Source: Azolla caroliniana
Lineage: Eukaryota; Plantae; Polypodiophyta
Assembly (NCBI GenBank): GCA_043228905.1
Contig: JBHGNT010000002.1
Span: 5,022,001 to 5,086,000 of the forward strand
Length of the DNA stretch: 64,000 nucleotides
Reading direction: 5' to 3'
Position 1 is the first letter of the stretch. Each line of letters starts with the position of its first letter. Shown here in pieces: positions 47,801-60,143 of the stretch. A program made the position numbers and the translations under genes. The notes beneath the pieces were generated by a model. It ran no database searches. It was given only the letters and a program-made list of their open reading frames with translations, and was not told where the DNA came from.

Positions 47801-48628
47801 TTTAAAGCCTTACCATTACACTAAGCCATAAGAATAGATATCCCACATAGAAAGGTTTTTTCCGCGCATATTTTCTAGTAAAAAGCTTTAGTTAGAATTG
47901 AATAAATATGAAAAAAAAGAAAGAAATATCAAAATATATATTACATGCATAAGACAAGATTCGAACCTTGTACCTCCATTTTATAATTTAAAGCCTTACC
48001 ATTACACTAAGACATCATAAGTGCTAGAAAAAAGATATCCCACATAGAAATGTTTTTTCCACACATATTTTCTAGTAAAACGCTTTAGTTAGAAGAAACA
48101 TGCATGATAGGAAAAAGCTACACATGCACATTTAACGTGCATGAACACTATAGTCGATAAAAACGCATGAGGTTAGAAAAAAAAAGCATGATCACTTTTA
48201 GAAAAAGCATGTTAGAGAAAGCATATAGTCTATAGTTAGAGAAAAGGCATGGATTGTTAAGACTCTCTCATCACTATATAAGGATGGGGAGCACAATGTA
48301 ATAAGGGGGAGAAAAATAAATAAATTTAAATAAATAATGGGGTGATTATTAGGGTCTAAATATTGATTAATATAATACTCATGGGATTCACGAGGTTTTC
48401 GATTTCTCTTTTCCAATCTATTCCTATCGATTCCAATATATTCCAAAGTATAATTAGGGTTAAATATTAATAAAACTAAAAAACTATATTCGTGGCATTC
48501 ACAAATTTCTATCTCTTTCTTATAATCTACTCATAACTAGATTGTCTCAAATTATTCCTCCTCCTAGTCCAAAACCCTAGTGGTTCCCACCCGACTCACA
48601 CGACGATCCGGCGCCGAAAGGCATGACA
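44864..48628 (+). mobile_element. Element E: non-autonomous gag-only LTR element of the Trp-primed family
   Basis: LTRs at 44864-45645 and 47663-48628 (the 3' LTR has a ~185-bp internal duplication). PBS at 45650-45667 and PPT ggagggggcgag. TSD ACGT/ATGT. The 2-kb interior has gag similarity and no pol. Confidence 0.9.
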
Positions 48629-48929
48629 ATGTTCTTCCTAACGAAGTTCAAACAAACAATTATCACATTGAACAACTTGGGAGATTACTTGAGACAACGA
48701 TGTGGGCTCAAGAAAGTTTAAAATAAGAGTCTTGACATCGTTTCGGAGGCCACAATGGAAATGTTTGCATAAGGCTTGGTCATCCGAATTGACATCGCAG
48801 ACAATCTGACGGAACTCTGAAGCGTAGACAAAGGCTAGGCGTGAGCCTTGTTGGAAGGAATAAACCTTCGTGAATGTCGTTTGAGGTCAGTAAGGAAAGC
48901 GAACAGAACGCTTCATGATGTCAAAACAA

Positions 48930-49802
48930 TGTCAAAAATCTATAGAAAGACATTTCCCTCTGGAGCTTATCACGAGGAGCATGTAGGAATTTTCAATTCG
49001 TGAATCGGAGTTCAAAAGCCCAAGATACAACCTTCAAAAGGATTAATGCCACTCGGGAGACAAATGTAATTATGTCAAAAGCGGGATTCGAAATTAAATA
49101 AGATCGATTTTGCAATTTCTCAAATGCACAATTACAAAATAGAATTTGTAAAATTTATCAATAAACAAATAAGCCCCTACATGAGGCGGTTCGTCAACCG
49201 CCTTAAGAGGGTGGTAGGGCAATTGACCCCCCTATAAAAGCCACCCCCATGGTGGCTAAAGGAGGGAAAAGGGAACGAATGGGAGAAGAAGAAGAAGAAG
49301 AAGAGAAAGCGAGTAAAGAAGCTCGCGTGAGGAAGGGATGTAGAGGTCACTCATGAAGCTAGTGGGTTGCTGAATAGAAAGATAAAAAGAAAAGAAAAGA
49401 AAAAAAACCATGAAAAAGAAAAAGTTGAAGTGGTGTATGTCAAATGCCTCTTCACAAACAAAAGGTTGTGAGAATCCTCTCAAATCAACTTCTTTTGGTA
49501 AACAAATTTTGTAACATAAATTTAGTAAATATAAAGAGAAAGAGAGTTAAATCAAAAGAAAACAAAGAAGTTGAAGTGGTCTATCTCAAATGCTTCTTCT
49601 TAGATAGAGGGTGGTAGTTTGAGTCTTGCTAAGTACCTTTTGGCAAATAAATATTGTAAGTGGTGTTTTACAAATAAAATTCTTTTCGTGACAACGTCAC
49701 ATCTATCTTGCCTTCTCGGCTTCTTGTCATCGCACTATCTGCAATTACGCCTTGTCATCCGGGCAATCATCCTCGAGTCACAAAACCCTAGCGGTTGCGA
49801 CA
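48930..49802. mobile_element. Unclassified LTR-like insert within the Tcn1-like gag
   Basis: Non-coding block that separates two gag pieces. TGTCA...GACA-type ends and a TATA-like ctataaaag. Boundaries and TSD are unresolved. Confidence 0.35.
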
Positions 49803-50243
49803 CACAACCATAATCTTTACGGCAGGTGTGAAGTTTTCTAAGAGAGGGGACAAGGTCTCAACCAAGCCGGCCCGGATAGAAGGGTGTTGACGAGGCCGAC
49901 CCGAGAAAAATCACTAACATAACGTTGGGGTTGTAAACGGATGATAAGCCGAATTTAATTAATGAAGCCGCGAAGATATGCCCTCGTGTCGTTGAATTTA
50001 TCAGGTCGGGTGACGATTGGTTCAAGGACATATGGATGGAAGTGGAAGTGGTTGGGGTAGGTGGCGACGGTTGGTGTGGCTCAGTAGGGGGTTTCTTAAT
50101 GTGCCGTATTGAAGCTATCGTAATTATTCTCGAAGGATTTCATTTTCTAGTTGAAGTTGTTGCAAGGCTGTCATTACTTGGTTTAGGTTGTCGACGGAGT
50201 CAGACATGGTAACAAGAAGAGGGAAAGGTGAACAAACTATCAC

Positions 50244-50597
50244 TGACGAGTATAATAGAGCATAACAAAGACGAGACTAAGAACTAAGAGAGAGGAAAAG
50301 AACAATAACTCAACTTATGATTCCGTAATTGGTGTTGTTCACCTTGATTAGAATCAAGGTGTACCTGAGTATTTATACAAGAACGTAGAGGTATGTATGC
50401 CAACTAGAAATAGAGAATGCATGAGGATGCATGCAAGCTAGGAAACTTCCAATATTCAATCTACAATACATGAAGTTGGATTTTATACAAAGATGTATAG
50501 ATGGATGTAGTTTAGTTGGTAGGGTTGCCCAATGGAGACCAGAAGGCCCTGGGTTCAATCCCTACCTTCCATTGTGGTGTGGCGTATGTCTATGACA
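50244..50597 (-). repeat. Probable 5' LTR of the Tcn1-like element
   Basis: Lies just upstream of the gag ATG (50209) with TG...CA ends and a TATA-like tataaata. No partner LTR in the window. Confidence 0.5.
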
Positions 50598-53500
50598 AAC
50601 TGGGTGTTAGGACACAAGTGATAAGAGTGGTCGACTATACACAAGTTTGAGTATCACACTTTGATACAATGCTCTGCCTTTGATCATATTCGTTCATGCT
50701 TTCCACATATCTTCGACCAAACCCAATCCTTGCACTAAGTTCTCGTACAACCACAATGTGCACTCTTGATTGCAACACTCATTGAATTTATTATAGAACA
50801 AACAAAGATAAATTCACAATGCCCTATGGTTTTGGTTCCCCCATGTGATAGCCACTTTAAAGGCTCTTAAACTTGTTTTAAATCATCTTTTCTTTCTGTC
50901 AAACAAGTAATCATTACTAGACTTTGGTTTTTACATGTTTCTTCCATTCATCTTACTAAGTTTACCATCAAAAGTATCTATAACAAACATGAAGTAGGGA
51001 TCCATACCCAACAAGGTATATTTCACCGATATTATGAGCATAAACTATATAAACATGCATGCATGAACAAGAATACATATATGCTTTATTCATGTCTTGT
51101 GATTTTATTATGTTTGACATAATATGAAGAAATTTATCCTTGGGGCTTGTGCATATGTGAATACATAATACATACAATATTCTTAAAGCATTAGTATATG
51201 TAAAAATATGCATACAATATACCTTCCGTAAGCTTGTTTTGAAATTTGAATCATTATAAAGGATGCTTGTACAATGTGTACCAGCACTAGAGGAATGTGA
51301 TATACAAGCTCACTTATGCATGGGAAAGGGTAGATCTTATTGTAATAAATTTAGTTTTAATGACACATAATTACCAAATCCTAGAAAACTTTGTCATCTT
51401 AGATTTAGAGAAGATTGTAGTAAAAGTCAATGTTCACAAAAGTGTTACTTGGTTAAAAGACAATGTTTTAGTAGTGAGAATCTTCGCGACCAGTAAAGCA
51501 TTTTCGATCCTTCTAATTTCCAAATGGACCCAATACATGAATCCACAAGGATCTCAGAGCCTGATAATTCATTCGTGTTAAAAAATTATGATATTATTGA
51601 TTCTTACTTGAAATCAACATGACGAGACATTTGAACCCTAATAATGTGCATATGTTTTTGAACCTTAGAGGAGGAGGAGGTACATGTATTTCATGTGTTG
51701 TGGTGAGATTATGAAAATGGTTATTCTAAGCTTTGGTGTACAATTGTTTTCTCACGGCATGCATAAAATACCTACAATTATGTGTTAATCAACTATGACC
51801 AATAGATATATAAATAGAATAGGATTGTCCAACTCTTGAGCTCCCCTAAGGACGATGGCCAACTCCATGAAATAAAAGAACTAGAAATAACAAGTAATAC
51901 AATTTATAAAGTAGATTGTTTCAATTTAAATTATTCATAAATGCACACAACAGTATTGAAGACCAAATCAAATGGGACTCTTATACAAACGCATTACCTT
52001 CGGTACCATATTACTTCTCATCATGAACTTATAATAACTTGATAGTATAAAGAGCACTAATTTTGTGGTTACAATGTTTCATGAACGTTTTTGAAACTTG
52101 ATCCGGTACAACAAGTAAAGATTTGTTTAGCAGTTGATGATCGCTATCCTATGCCATTTTATTGTTCATGACCTTGGCAAAACTTTAATCTGTTCAGAGC
52201 TATCATTTCACATTGAAGTGTGATGAGATGAAGAAGGCTAACATTAATGCATATTTGTTATATCATACCCACTAGAGTCCAGTCTAATACCTTTATCTCT
52301 TGCTTTGGTGTAAAACCACTAGGAATCGATCGAAAATCTTCATTAGTTACTTTTGGATGCTATGCAACTTTTATAGTTTGATACGTTTAGCAATTCTAAT
52401 ATCAAGAAACTATGTTTTCATTTGGATTTTGTCGTTACATATTTTTACTTTGATTCCAAGAATAGGTACCTAGGAATTAGACTATTTATGTCACTCGTTG
52501 TATAGGGAGGAAAAAACTTCTTATAACTGCAACAAAAAGAGATATATTAAATGGTATGGTTGTTTCACGTAAATTTATTCTTTACCTTCATCTATTTGAT
52601 CGTAGCAAATTTTATGCGTTTAGACTACAAAATTCTCCAAAAGAGAATTCTAATTTTGATTTATAAAAAATGCACTCCATGCTCAAACTAAGTTTAGAAT
52701 GATCACGCAAAAAGTGTGCACGTTCTAAGCATATAACGCTTGGAAAAAAACCTAAAATTTGCTAAGATGCGACTCGAAGAGAAACCCACCTAGATTTAAT
52801 TGATATAAATGTTATTATTAATGAAGAAACAAGCCCTTAGCACAAATATATATTTGATATATGCCACAAAATCAAATTACCATACTAGTTGGATTTAAGA
52901 ATGATACAAGGAAAGGGAGGTGTGTGTGTCCTAGAGCCGATATATTATACATACATGGAGTAAAGCTAGAAAGATTATTTTGCTATGTTTAAAAAGCAAA
53001 AGTGGTGATGATTGCACTTTCAAAAGCTTTTAGAGTGTTCGAGTTATTAAAGAGAATTAAATTATCCTCAATTACTTTATCCAGAACGATTTGTGCATGA
53101 ATTTCATTGTCAAGATTAGAGAGCATGTCTCAAACTTTTTGGAAAATAAAAATCAGATAATACTATGTTCAAATGTTAAATGATAATAAAGCCTACACAT
53201 TTGATAATCTTGTAAACATATGGAAAAAGTTACGATATGAGTTGTCACAACATTGTGGGACTTAGTGACAGGCAACAAAAATATTGATTGACTATGGGAT
53301 TATGGTAATATTTTAGGGCAAGTATCTTCTTTATCGGTTCTCATTCATGTGACAAAAGATTTAAGTGGGAAATGTGTGGCATGAAGCTCAATCTTTGCAT
53401 TGTCTTTTTACCAAGGTCGATACATGCGAATATTTGAACAAGTAAATTTTTGTACCACTAGGTGGACACTTTATCGGTATGTGAGGATAAGGTACATGTC

Positions 53501-54572
53501 ACATCAGCCTCCAAAACCATACATTTCGGATGGCCTACTAAAAATTAGAGAGCTTTCCCATTCACAAAAATGCATTACATAAAGTCTCATAAGCGTAGGT
53601 CAAGCTTTGGTGTCGACTTTTGATACCCAAAACATTGTCAAACCACATGTTAGGTAAGGTTTACAAGGGGAGGGAGGGAATAGAAACTTTAACAAGAGTA
53701 TTTTGTTGACACCTAAATATACATACATGACGATAGCAAAAACTTCCACTACCTTGAGTTGGACTACGTGGAATTTGTGGGCAGACACATGATGGAGACC
53801 CGTTAATCATAACATTTGGCATTCAAATTTCCGTCACTCAAGAGTATGCCTTCAATTGTCATCAACCAATTTGGCCAAATTTCCAAGGAACGCAAACATT
53901 TGTAAACCATTAGCCGTTACCAAAATTTTCTCTTAGGGAACTAAGCCTAAGCCAAAGAGCTAGGATGAGAAAAACGTAATGCGAAAGTCGATCATGCACA
54001 ACCAATGCATTAAATGTGCTTTCTGCTACTTTAGATGCACATGTCAGTTATGAATCATTTCATCTAGAGTTATGTGCATACCCTGTAGTCTACAAGAAGA
54101 TACTCTAAATATCTAGTAAATTTAGCTCTACAATATGCTTGACTTTTTAGTATATTATATTACAAGTTGCGAGTAGCCTCCAAAAGGTGTGTTGGCAAGT
54201 TGATGATGACAAAGACAATATTAACTTTTTGCATACAAATGTGGGGACCCAAAATGTTGAGGGGAATCAAAGATAAGTATATTCGGAACTAACCGAAGTG
54301 TCGACAATTTGCGTCAAGCTCTAAATATCGTCGAAAGCCAGGGAAGAGAACCGAACCAAGCACCCGTTGCATGGACGTGGGCGTAAAAGGATACTTTTAC
54401 GGGATCTTTGTTTATTTATTTGTTTTTGTTTCCTCCCAAAGGAGGAGGGAGATGTCCGAAGAGCCATACAATTGCACGTTCGATTCACAAAAGTACATTC
54501 TGATTCTTTTGACTTGTATCCAATAATAATAATACATGATGACGCTCGGAACAATGTGATAGAAATACATGC

Positions 54573-54574
<2 letters not shown>

Positions 54575-54605
<31 letters not shown>
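54575..54605 (+). repeat. (AG)n microsatellite upstream of the VQ gene
   Basis: About 15 AG units. Confidence 0.95.
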
Positions 54606-54607
<2 letters not shown>

Positions 54608-54724
54608 CAATTTTGGCATATGGAAAATGAGTACAAAGTCATGAGAGAGCCATGACCTATTTACAAGATAGAGAACCTAGCTTAACTACTATTGTGTGTG
54701 TGTGTCTCTCTCTCTAGGGGCATC

Positions 54725-54735
54725 CTATATAAATA
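54725..54735 (+). promoter_or_regulatory. Probable TATA box of the VQ gene
   Basis: cctatataaat followed by a pyrimidine-rich leader, ~290 bp upstream of the ATG. Confidence 0.5.
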
Positions 54736-55014
54736 TCCAAATTTTACTTTATATCCTCTAATACAAGCTCTTCTTGCTAGAAACTCACACATTTTGTCAA
54801 GCCATACCCTTCTATTCTCTTCTAGATCTACACCACATGACCATACATACAAATCTATTCTATCATTAGTGCATCTTAATCTTCTCCCTTCTCCTTTCAT
54901 AGTATCTATCTACATGTATTGGTTCGATTGATCGATCCCTTGGAAGGATATATAAGGTTACTAATTAGTATAATATCTTAAGAAGGTCCGAGACCACCAC
55001 ACCACACTAATCCA

Positions 55015-55941
55015 ATGTCGATCTTCCTCGGGGCTACGGCCGTCGTCTCGAAGCAAGGAGGAGGGGGCCGTAGGATGAAGAAGAAGAAGAAGGCGAATTT
55101 CGTGAAAGCCGCGATGATGAACATAATGGCGAACCACCACGAGGAGTTAGTAGTACTAGCACCACAACGGAGGATCGAGCCGACGATCGTGCATGAGGTT
55201 CATCCGCGGGTCGTGGTGGTCGAGAGCCGGGACTTCATGCGCAAGGTCCAGATTCTCACAGGATCCCCGGAGACTCGGAACAAACTTGAGTGCCATGACG
55301 ATGATGACGATGTCTCGGCGTCCCGTGGGCGGCCCGAGCTTTCCGAGGCCTCGGGAATCCCGGACATGTTCCGGCATACAAAGGCCGGGAATTTTGTGGA
55401 AACCGGAATAGAGCCGGCCATCGGGGACCCGAACCGTTGCGGGTCCTCGCCCGAGTGCAATTGCTTGGAGCGAGGCCATGACTACTCACAAGCATGTTGG
55501 GATGCCAATGCCGAGACCGAAACCGAAACTGAAACAACTAGTAGTGGTAGTAGGAGTAGTAGTAGGAGTAGTAGCATGAATGGCCGGGGCACCATGAATC
55601 CCGATGTCTTCTTCTCGCACCATACATGTTTCGAAGCAAATGGCGACCGACACTTATCATGTTCGCCATTGATTAGCTCCGATTCTAGCGATGATGACGA
55701 TCAAATATATGAGCATGATCATTACCTCTCAACCCACTCAAATCTCACCCCTCCCAATCATCATCACCATCCCTCTAGTGGCATTAGCAGTAGTAATAGC
55801 AGCAATTCATCACATTGCCTTCATTTCCAAGACAACTCCTCTTCATCAGTAGTAGTAGCAGGCATTGATGATGGAGATCAACTCCTCTTCTCAAGCCATG
55901 ATGACATGGATATCCAACTTTGGTTGTCCTCATATGATTAA
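55015..55941 (+). CDS. VQ-motif-containing protein (WRKY-interacting cofactor family), intronless
   Basis: PRVVVVESRDFMRKVQILTG matches FxxxVQxLTG. Basic NLS-like KKKKK and a low-complexity S/H/D-rich C-terminus. Confidence 0.85.
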   Translation: MSIFLGATAVVSKQGGGGRRMKKKKKANFVKAAMMNIMANHHEELVVLAPQRRIEPTIVHEVHPRVVVVESRDFMRKVQILTGSPETRNKLECHDDDDDVSASRGRPELSEASGIPDMFRHTKAGNFVETGIEPAIGDPNRCGSSPECNCLERGHDYSQACWDANAETETETETTSSGSRSSSRSSSMNGRGTMNPDVFFSHHTCFEANGDRHLSCSPLISSDSSDDDDQIYEHDHYLSTHSNLTPPNHHHHPSSGISSSNSSNSSHCLHFQDNSSSSVVVAGIDDGDQLLFSSHDDMDIQLWLSSYD

Positions 55942-56240
55942 AATGGATGCCTTCTCATTGGCATGCTTTTTTTCTACCATTCTACATAAGGATTAAAAAA
56001 AGGAAACAAACAACAAAAAAAGACCAGGAAGTTTTTACATTCGAGAGAGATCGGATTCGCCAATGCCCGAATTTGGCCCGTATCACGGTCACATGAACTT
56101 TCGATGTTACGGCCCAATTTTAGCCCTTGTTCCACATCAAGTTAACTTATCTTTTGATTTTTGCTGTTTTTGGTTTTGAGTGCCAAGATATTGGCTTATG
56201 ATTTGTACATTCACCATGTAATTCCCACATTCTTATGTAT

Positions 56241-56530
56241 AATTTGAGGATCGTTTTGCTCTTATTTACCAATGTCAAGACCAATCATTTTAATGTTGCC
56301 ACTATGAATTTTTGCTCGTTTCAAATCAATTCCGCACCTTTGTTTCGTTATGGATAGGCATAAGACTTGTATATGGTGTTGATCTACTTTCTTGTGCAAA
56401 TTTGAGGATCTTTGCGCTCATTACCCGTGTTTCAGCCAATAGTTTCGATTTTGGTTTCGAATCAATCTAGCACCTTGTTTTGTTGTGGATAGGCCTAAGA
56501 CTTGTATGGTATTGATCTACATTTTGTGCT
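56241..56530 (+). repeat. Imperfect tandem duplication (~130-160 bp)
   Basis: aatttgaggatc...aatcaat...ggataggc.taagacttgtat..ggt.ttgatctac occurs twice. Confidence 0.75.
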
Positions 56531-59500
56531 GTTTTGTATTGTATTGAATTGAATTGTAAATTTGTACCAAGAAGAAAAATGGTGTTGTGGGACATGGTAA
56601 CTTTGGGCCCCACATGGACCAACAATTTGACCTTTATATAAGTATCAAAGCAATAATGTACACTAATGTTGTCAATTCATAAAAGCTCACTTTTAAGTGA
56701 CAACTTATCAAGTTGGGAGTGCATGGAGCGTAAAAACTACGCCTCTTGTTAATGAAGTCGAAATGGGTTTCACTACCCAACATTTATAGTACGACTCTTA
56801 TCATTTATTGTTGAGGTGGGGCCCTAGTCATTACGGTTTAAAATTTTGGATGTTTCTTACAATACCAAAGTAATTTGGATAGCATGTATTATATAACTTG
56901 TACTAGTCCCCGGCCCGCGTCCGGCTACAACAATATGAAGTGTTATGTGGAAACAAGTGATCGTTACATACTGAACCCAAAAAACCAATGTTGAAATTAA
57001 CCTACTGGATTAAAACTTTCTATAGTGGATTGTGATTTTCCTCATGTTATGCCAATGTTGGCATTTGTGTCGAAGTATCTATACTCGATGACCTCCATCC
57101 ATTATAATTGATACCATTTTGAAATATAGTTTGTATAAGCAGTTACTAATCATAGAAGAAGCACATTGTACTATTTATAATAGTTTTAGTTAAATGTATC
57201 ATATTAAAAAGTGAACAAGTGGTGGCCAAGTAAGGTTGATAAATCCCAAGTCAACACATAGGTATCCTCCTAGAGATCCAATTCTAAGCTAAATTATATT
57301 TTGGTAAGGCACAATGCTAAGACAAATCCATTAATCCATCTATGCATAGTGTAGTAGCATATGATGTGAAGTCCATAACATTATCACGTCTCTACAATGG
57401 CACGGTTCATAAACTCATTATCCTTTAAGAATTTATTAATAAGAAATGCATCACTTATAGTTAAAGTCATAAAATATAATATGGTAGTATTTAATAAGAA
57501 GTTGATGATATATCAACATCCACAAGGGGCTAACATATCTCATGGAACCAACTGTCATTCTAAAGCACTCTCCCTAACTATGTAGTTGGTGGATTTAAAT
57601 TTGGTAAAGAAACAAAAAGGAATGTTGAAGTGATAAACGAAATTTTGGTTCCTTTCTTTGGTCAACTAGGCAAAAAAAGAGCACTTCCAGTGTTGTTGAT
57701 GATGGTTCTATCCTCATTAAGAGTTCTTGAAAGCTTGTAAAGAAATATAGTTTTTGAAACTTGTGTGCAATGTCCTCAGATACAAGACATTCCAAAATGA
57801 CATAAGGCATCGGCCTAATCTAGAGAGAAATAGACTTTAGTATTGTTCTCAAATGTCTACTAGAAAGCAAGTTCGAATGTAATAAAAGGCTTAGCATTGC
57901 AATAGAGTAAAGTTGTGATAGTAAAAGGTTGTGAAACCCACAAAGTTGTTTGGAGCAAAATATGCAATCTATGAGTCCGCTCATTGTTGTTCCAATGCCA
58001 TATCTCTCATCAAAGTGAATGTGAGCTAAGTCCTATTAAGTGATGGTGTGGATTACACAACGCAAGATGTGCATTAGCATGTAAGTGTGAGTGTAGTGAT
58101 ATGTAATGATGTGTGAAGAATGACCTGACCCTCAACCTTCCTCCCAATCTATGATGCATCAGCATTGCAAAAAAATATCATAAAGCATGTGTAGTGTACA
58201 TCTTCCAAACAATATCTTTATATAGTTTATTCATCCCCATGTAGTTAAGTTGGCTAAGGTTTTTCAATGAAGAAAAAAATGACATGCATTCAAGGGTCTA
58301 AATTTCCTATTACTATTACGTATCAATTTAGTGGTATTTATGAGATTTGAACCAAAGTGTATGAGTTACTAAAATATAGGTTGCAAGTTGGGTGCACTCC
58401 AAGGAAAGAGACTTTAATTGGTATTCATTATCAAAATGATGGTCAAATCAAGAAGGGGCTACATGAAATGTTAGTGTTAGCATGTCGATGGATGTGCATG
58501 GAGTTCACCTTCTAATGTCGATATATCATGAATTCTTCATTTATCATGGAAACACCCATTGTGTACCTTTAGTATAAGTCATGCAAAAAATATATTCAAC
58601 ATAATGTTTGATCATATTGAGCTTATTCTTGGTTACATTTGGTTCAAGGTGCAAGTCTCCCTAAAATAGAGGCCACCCGATTTATTAGTACAATTTTCCT
58701 TCTTCTTGTTGTTTTTTGCTTATTATCACTATGGGCATGCTCCTTTGTCTTTGTCTATGGGTTGATTAAAGTCTTTTAAAAACGGTGTTTGATGAGGATG
58801 TTGATCAGTAATGTTGACACTAGTTTTCATTTTAGAAGTTATTTACTTCCTTAAAAAAATTCTTAAAGTTATTATTAATATCTTATTTATATTTTAATTT
58901 TTTATTATTATCATTATTTGTTTACTTTTATAATTATTCACTTATTTAAATAAATTATAAGACTATTATTTATTTAAATATTTATTTCAATTTCAATTGC
59001 TAAAATATTTTTTTATTATATTTATTAATATATATATATATATTATTATATAATAAGTATTATTATTTTATGATTGTTATTATTATTCTTTTTGTATTAT
59101 TATTATTATTATTATTTCAAAAAACAAATCCCACGTATTGTTATTCTTGTTTTACTAATTTATTCTTAGTTTTTTATTTTTTATTTTTTATTTTTTTCCT
59201 TATCGTGACGTCACCCACACTAGTGGGTGGTGGTGGAGCAAGGCAGCATGTCATGGAATGGCGATTGATGGACAATGCAAGTTGTCTACCAGAGGTTGGC
59301 AAAGCAACTGCTAATGAATATCACTTCCGCCAAATTCTTGTAACTTTTTGTCATCCTAGCTTGGGATTCCGTGCCGAAAATCCCCACACTCTCCTTGCTA
59401 GTTCACGATTAATTAAAACAAGCATTTGCACAAGATAAATCAAATATAGATTATATTAAATTTTTATAAACAACAATAAGTTCATTAGAGCATGGGAAAT

Positions 59501-60039
59501 TCAATACAACGAGAAAATTTCTCGACTTCGTTACATGGAGTGGTAACGAAGGATAAGTAGATAGAAATATATAGAGAAGAAAATATTGCTCCAAGGGGGA
59601 GATGTATCTTTGAGTTTCTATGCAAAATCTCAACGAAGAACAACCATTGTCGCCTCTTATCGTTGTTGATCTTGTACGCCATCTTGATTTGTAACCTTTG
59701 AGCTCTCTCCGTATGTCGGCAGTGCTTCTGCCTTGTCTCTCCCTTCCCCCCAAAACAATGAGCTCTCTTCACCCGTTTCTAGGTTTCGAGAGGGTTCTCT
59801 CATGAGTGAAATTAGTGAGTGCTTTTTTAACACAAGCTTTATTTTATTTAACTCTAACTCACGATGTCTTTCTTACTACACCGTCGATCTATCCATCAAC
59901 CTTTTTAATATTCCTAGTTTAAATTAATTCCTCCAATTTGCATTTCCCACATCTCGACAACGTGATAAGTTCTTGGCTCTAAAAGAGATAAGGAAATTGT
60001 TTATATTTGAAATCTATACAATCAAAGGTTCATTCAATG

Positions 60040-60143
60040 ATGTTTTGTTGTAGCCATTGCAAAGTGGCTTGTAACATCTGAGTTGTATATTATTCCATGT
60101 ACTTTTTCTTAACTAATGGAAGTAGATTTTTTTTGGAAAAAAA
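60040..60143 (+). mobile_element. Extremely 5'-truncated L1-type (or L1-dependent) insertion, ~104 bp
   Basis: 16-bp TSD aaaggttc(a/c)ttcaatg at 60024-60039 and 60144-60159. The 3' end taactaatgg...T8GG(A)n is shared with the L1 at 62577. Confidence 0.75.

Larger units (their letters stand above)
44555..50209 (-). pseudogene. Tcn1-like chromovirus gag in pieces (50209-~49810, ~48900-48629, 44863-44555)
   Basis: MSDSVDNLNQ..., PDKFNDTRAYLRGFIN, QQGSRLAFVYASEFRQ...LRNDVK, and RRKNDLCLYGGNLGH (decayed knuckle). Split by element E and a second insert. Confidence 0.75.

Noticed and set aside
50500-50571. Functional tRNA gene
   Set aside because: A and B boxes are present, but the acceptor and anticodon stems pair poorly. 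It is reported only as a tRNA-like module.
50600-54500. Genes or identifiable TE coding remnants in the AT-rich stretch
   Set aside because: Only short ORFs with no recognisable motif. It may be decayed TE sequence, but this cannot be supported by eye.
58850-59200. 122-aa hydrophobic ORF at 59070-59438
   Set aside because: It is a translation of (TTA/TAT)n low-complexity sequence.
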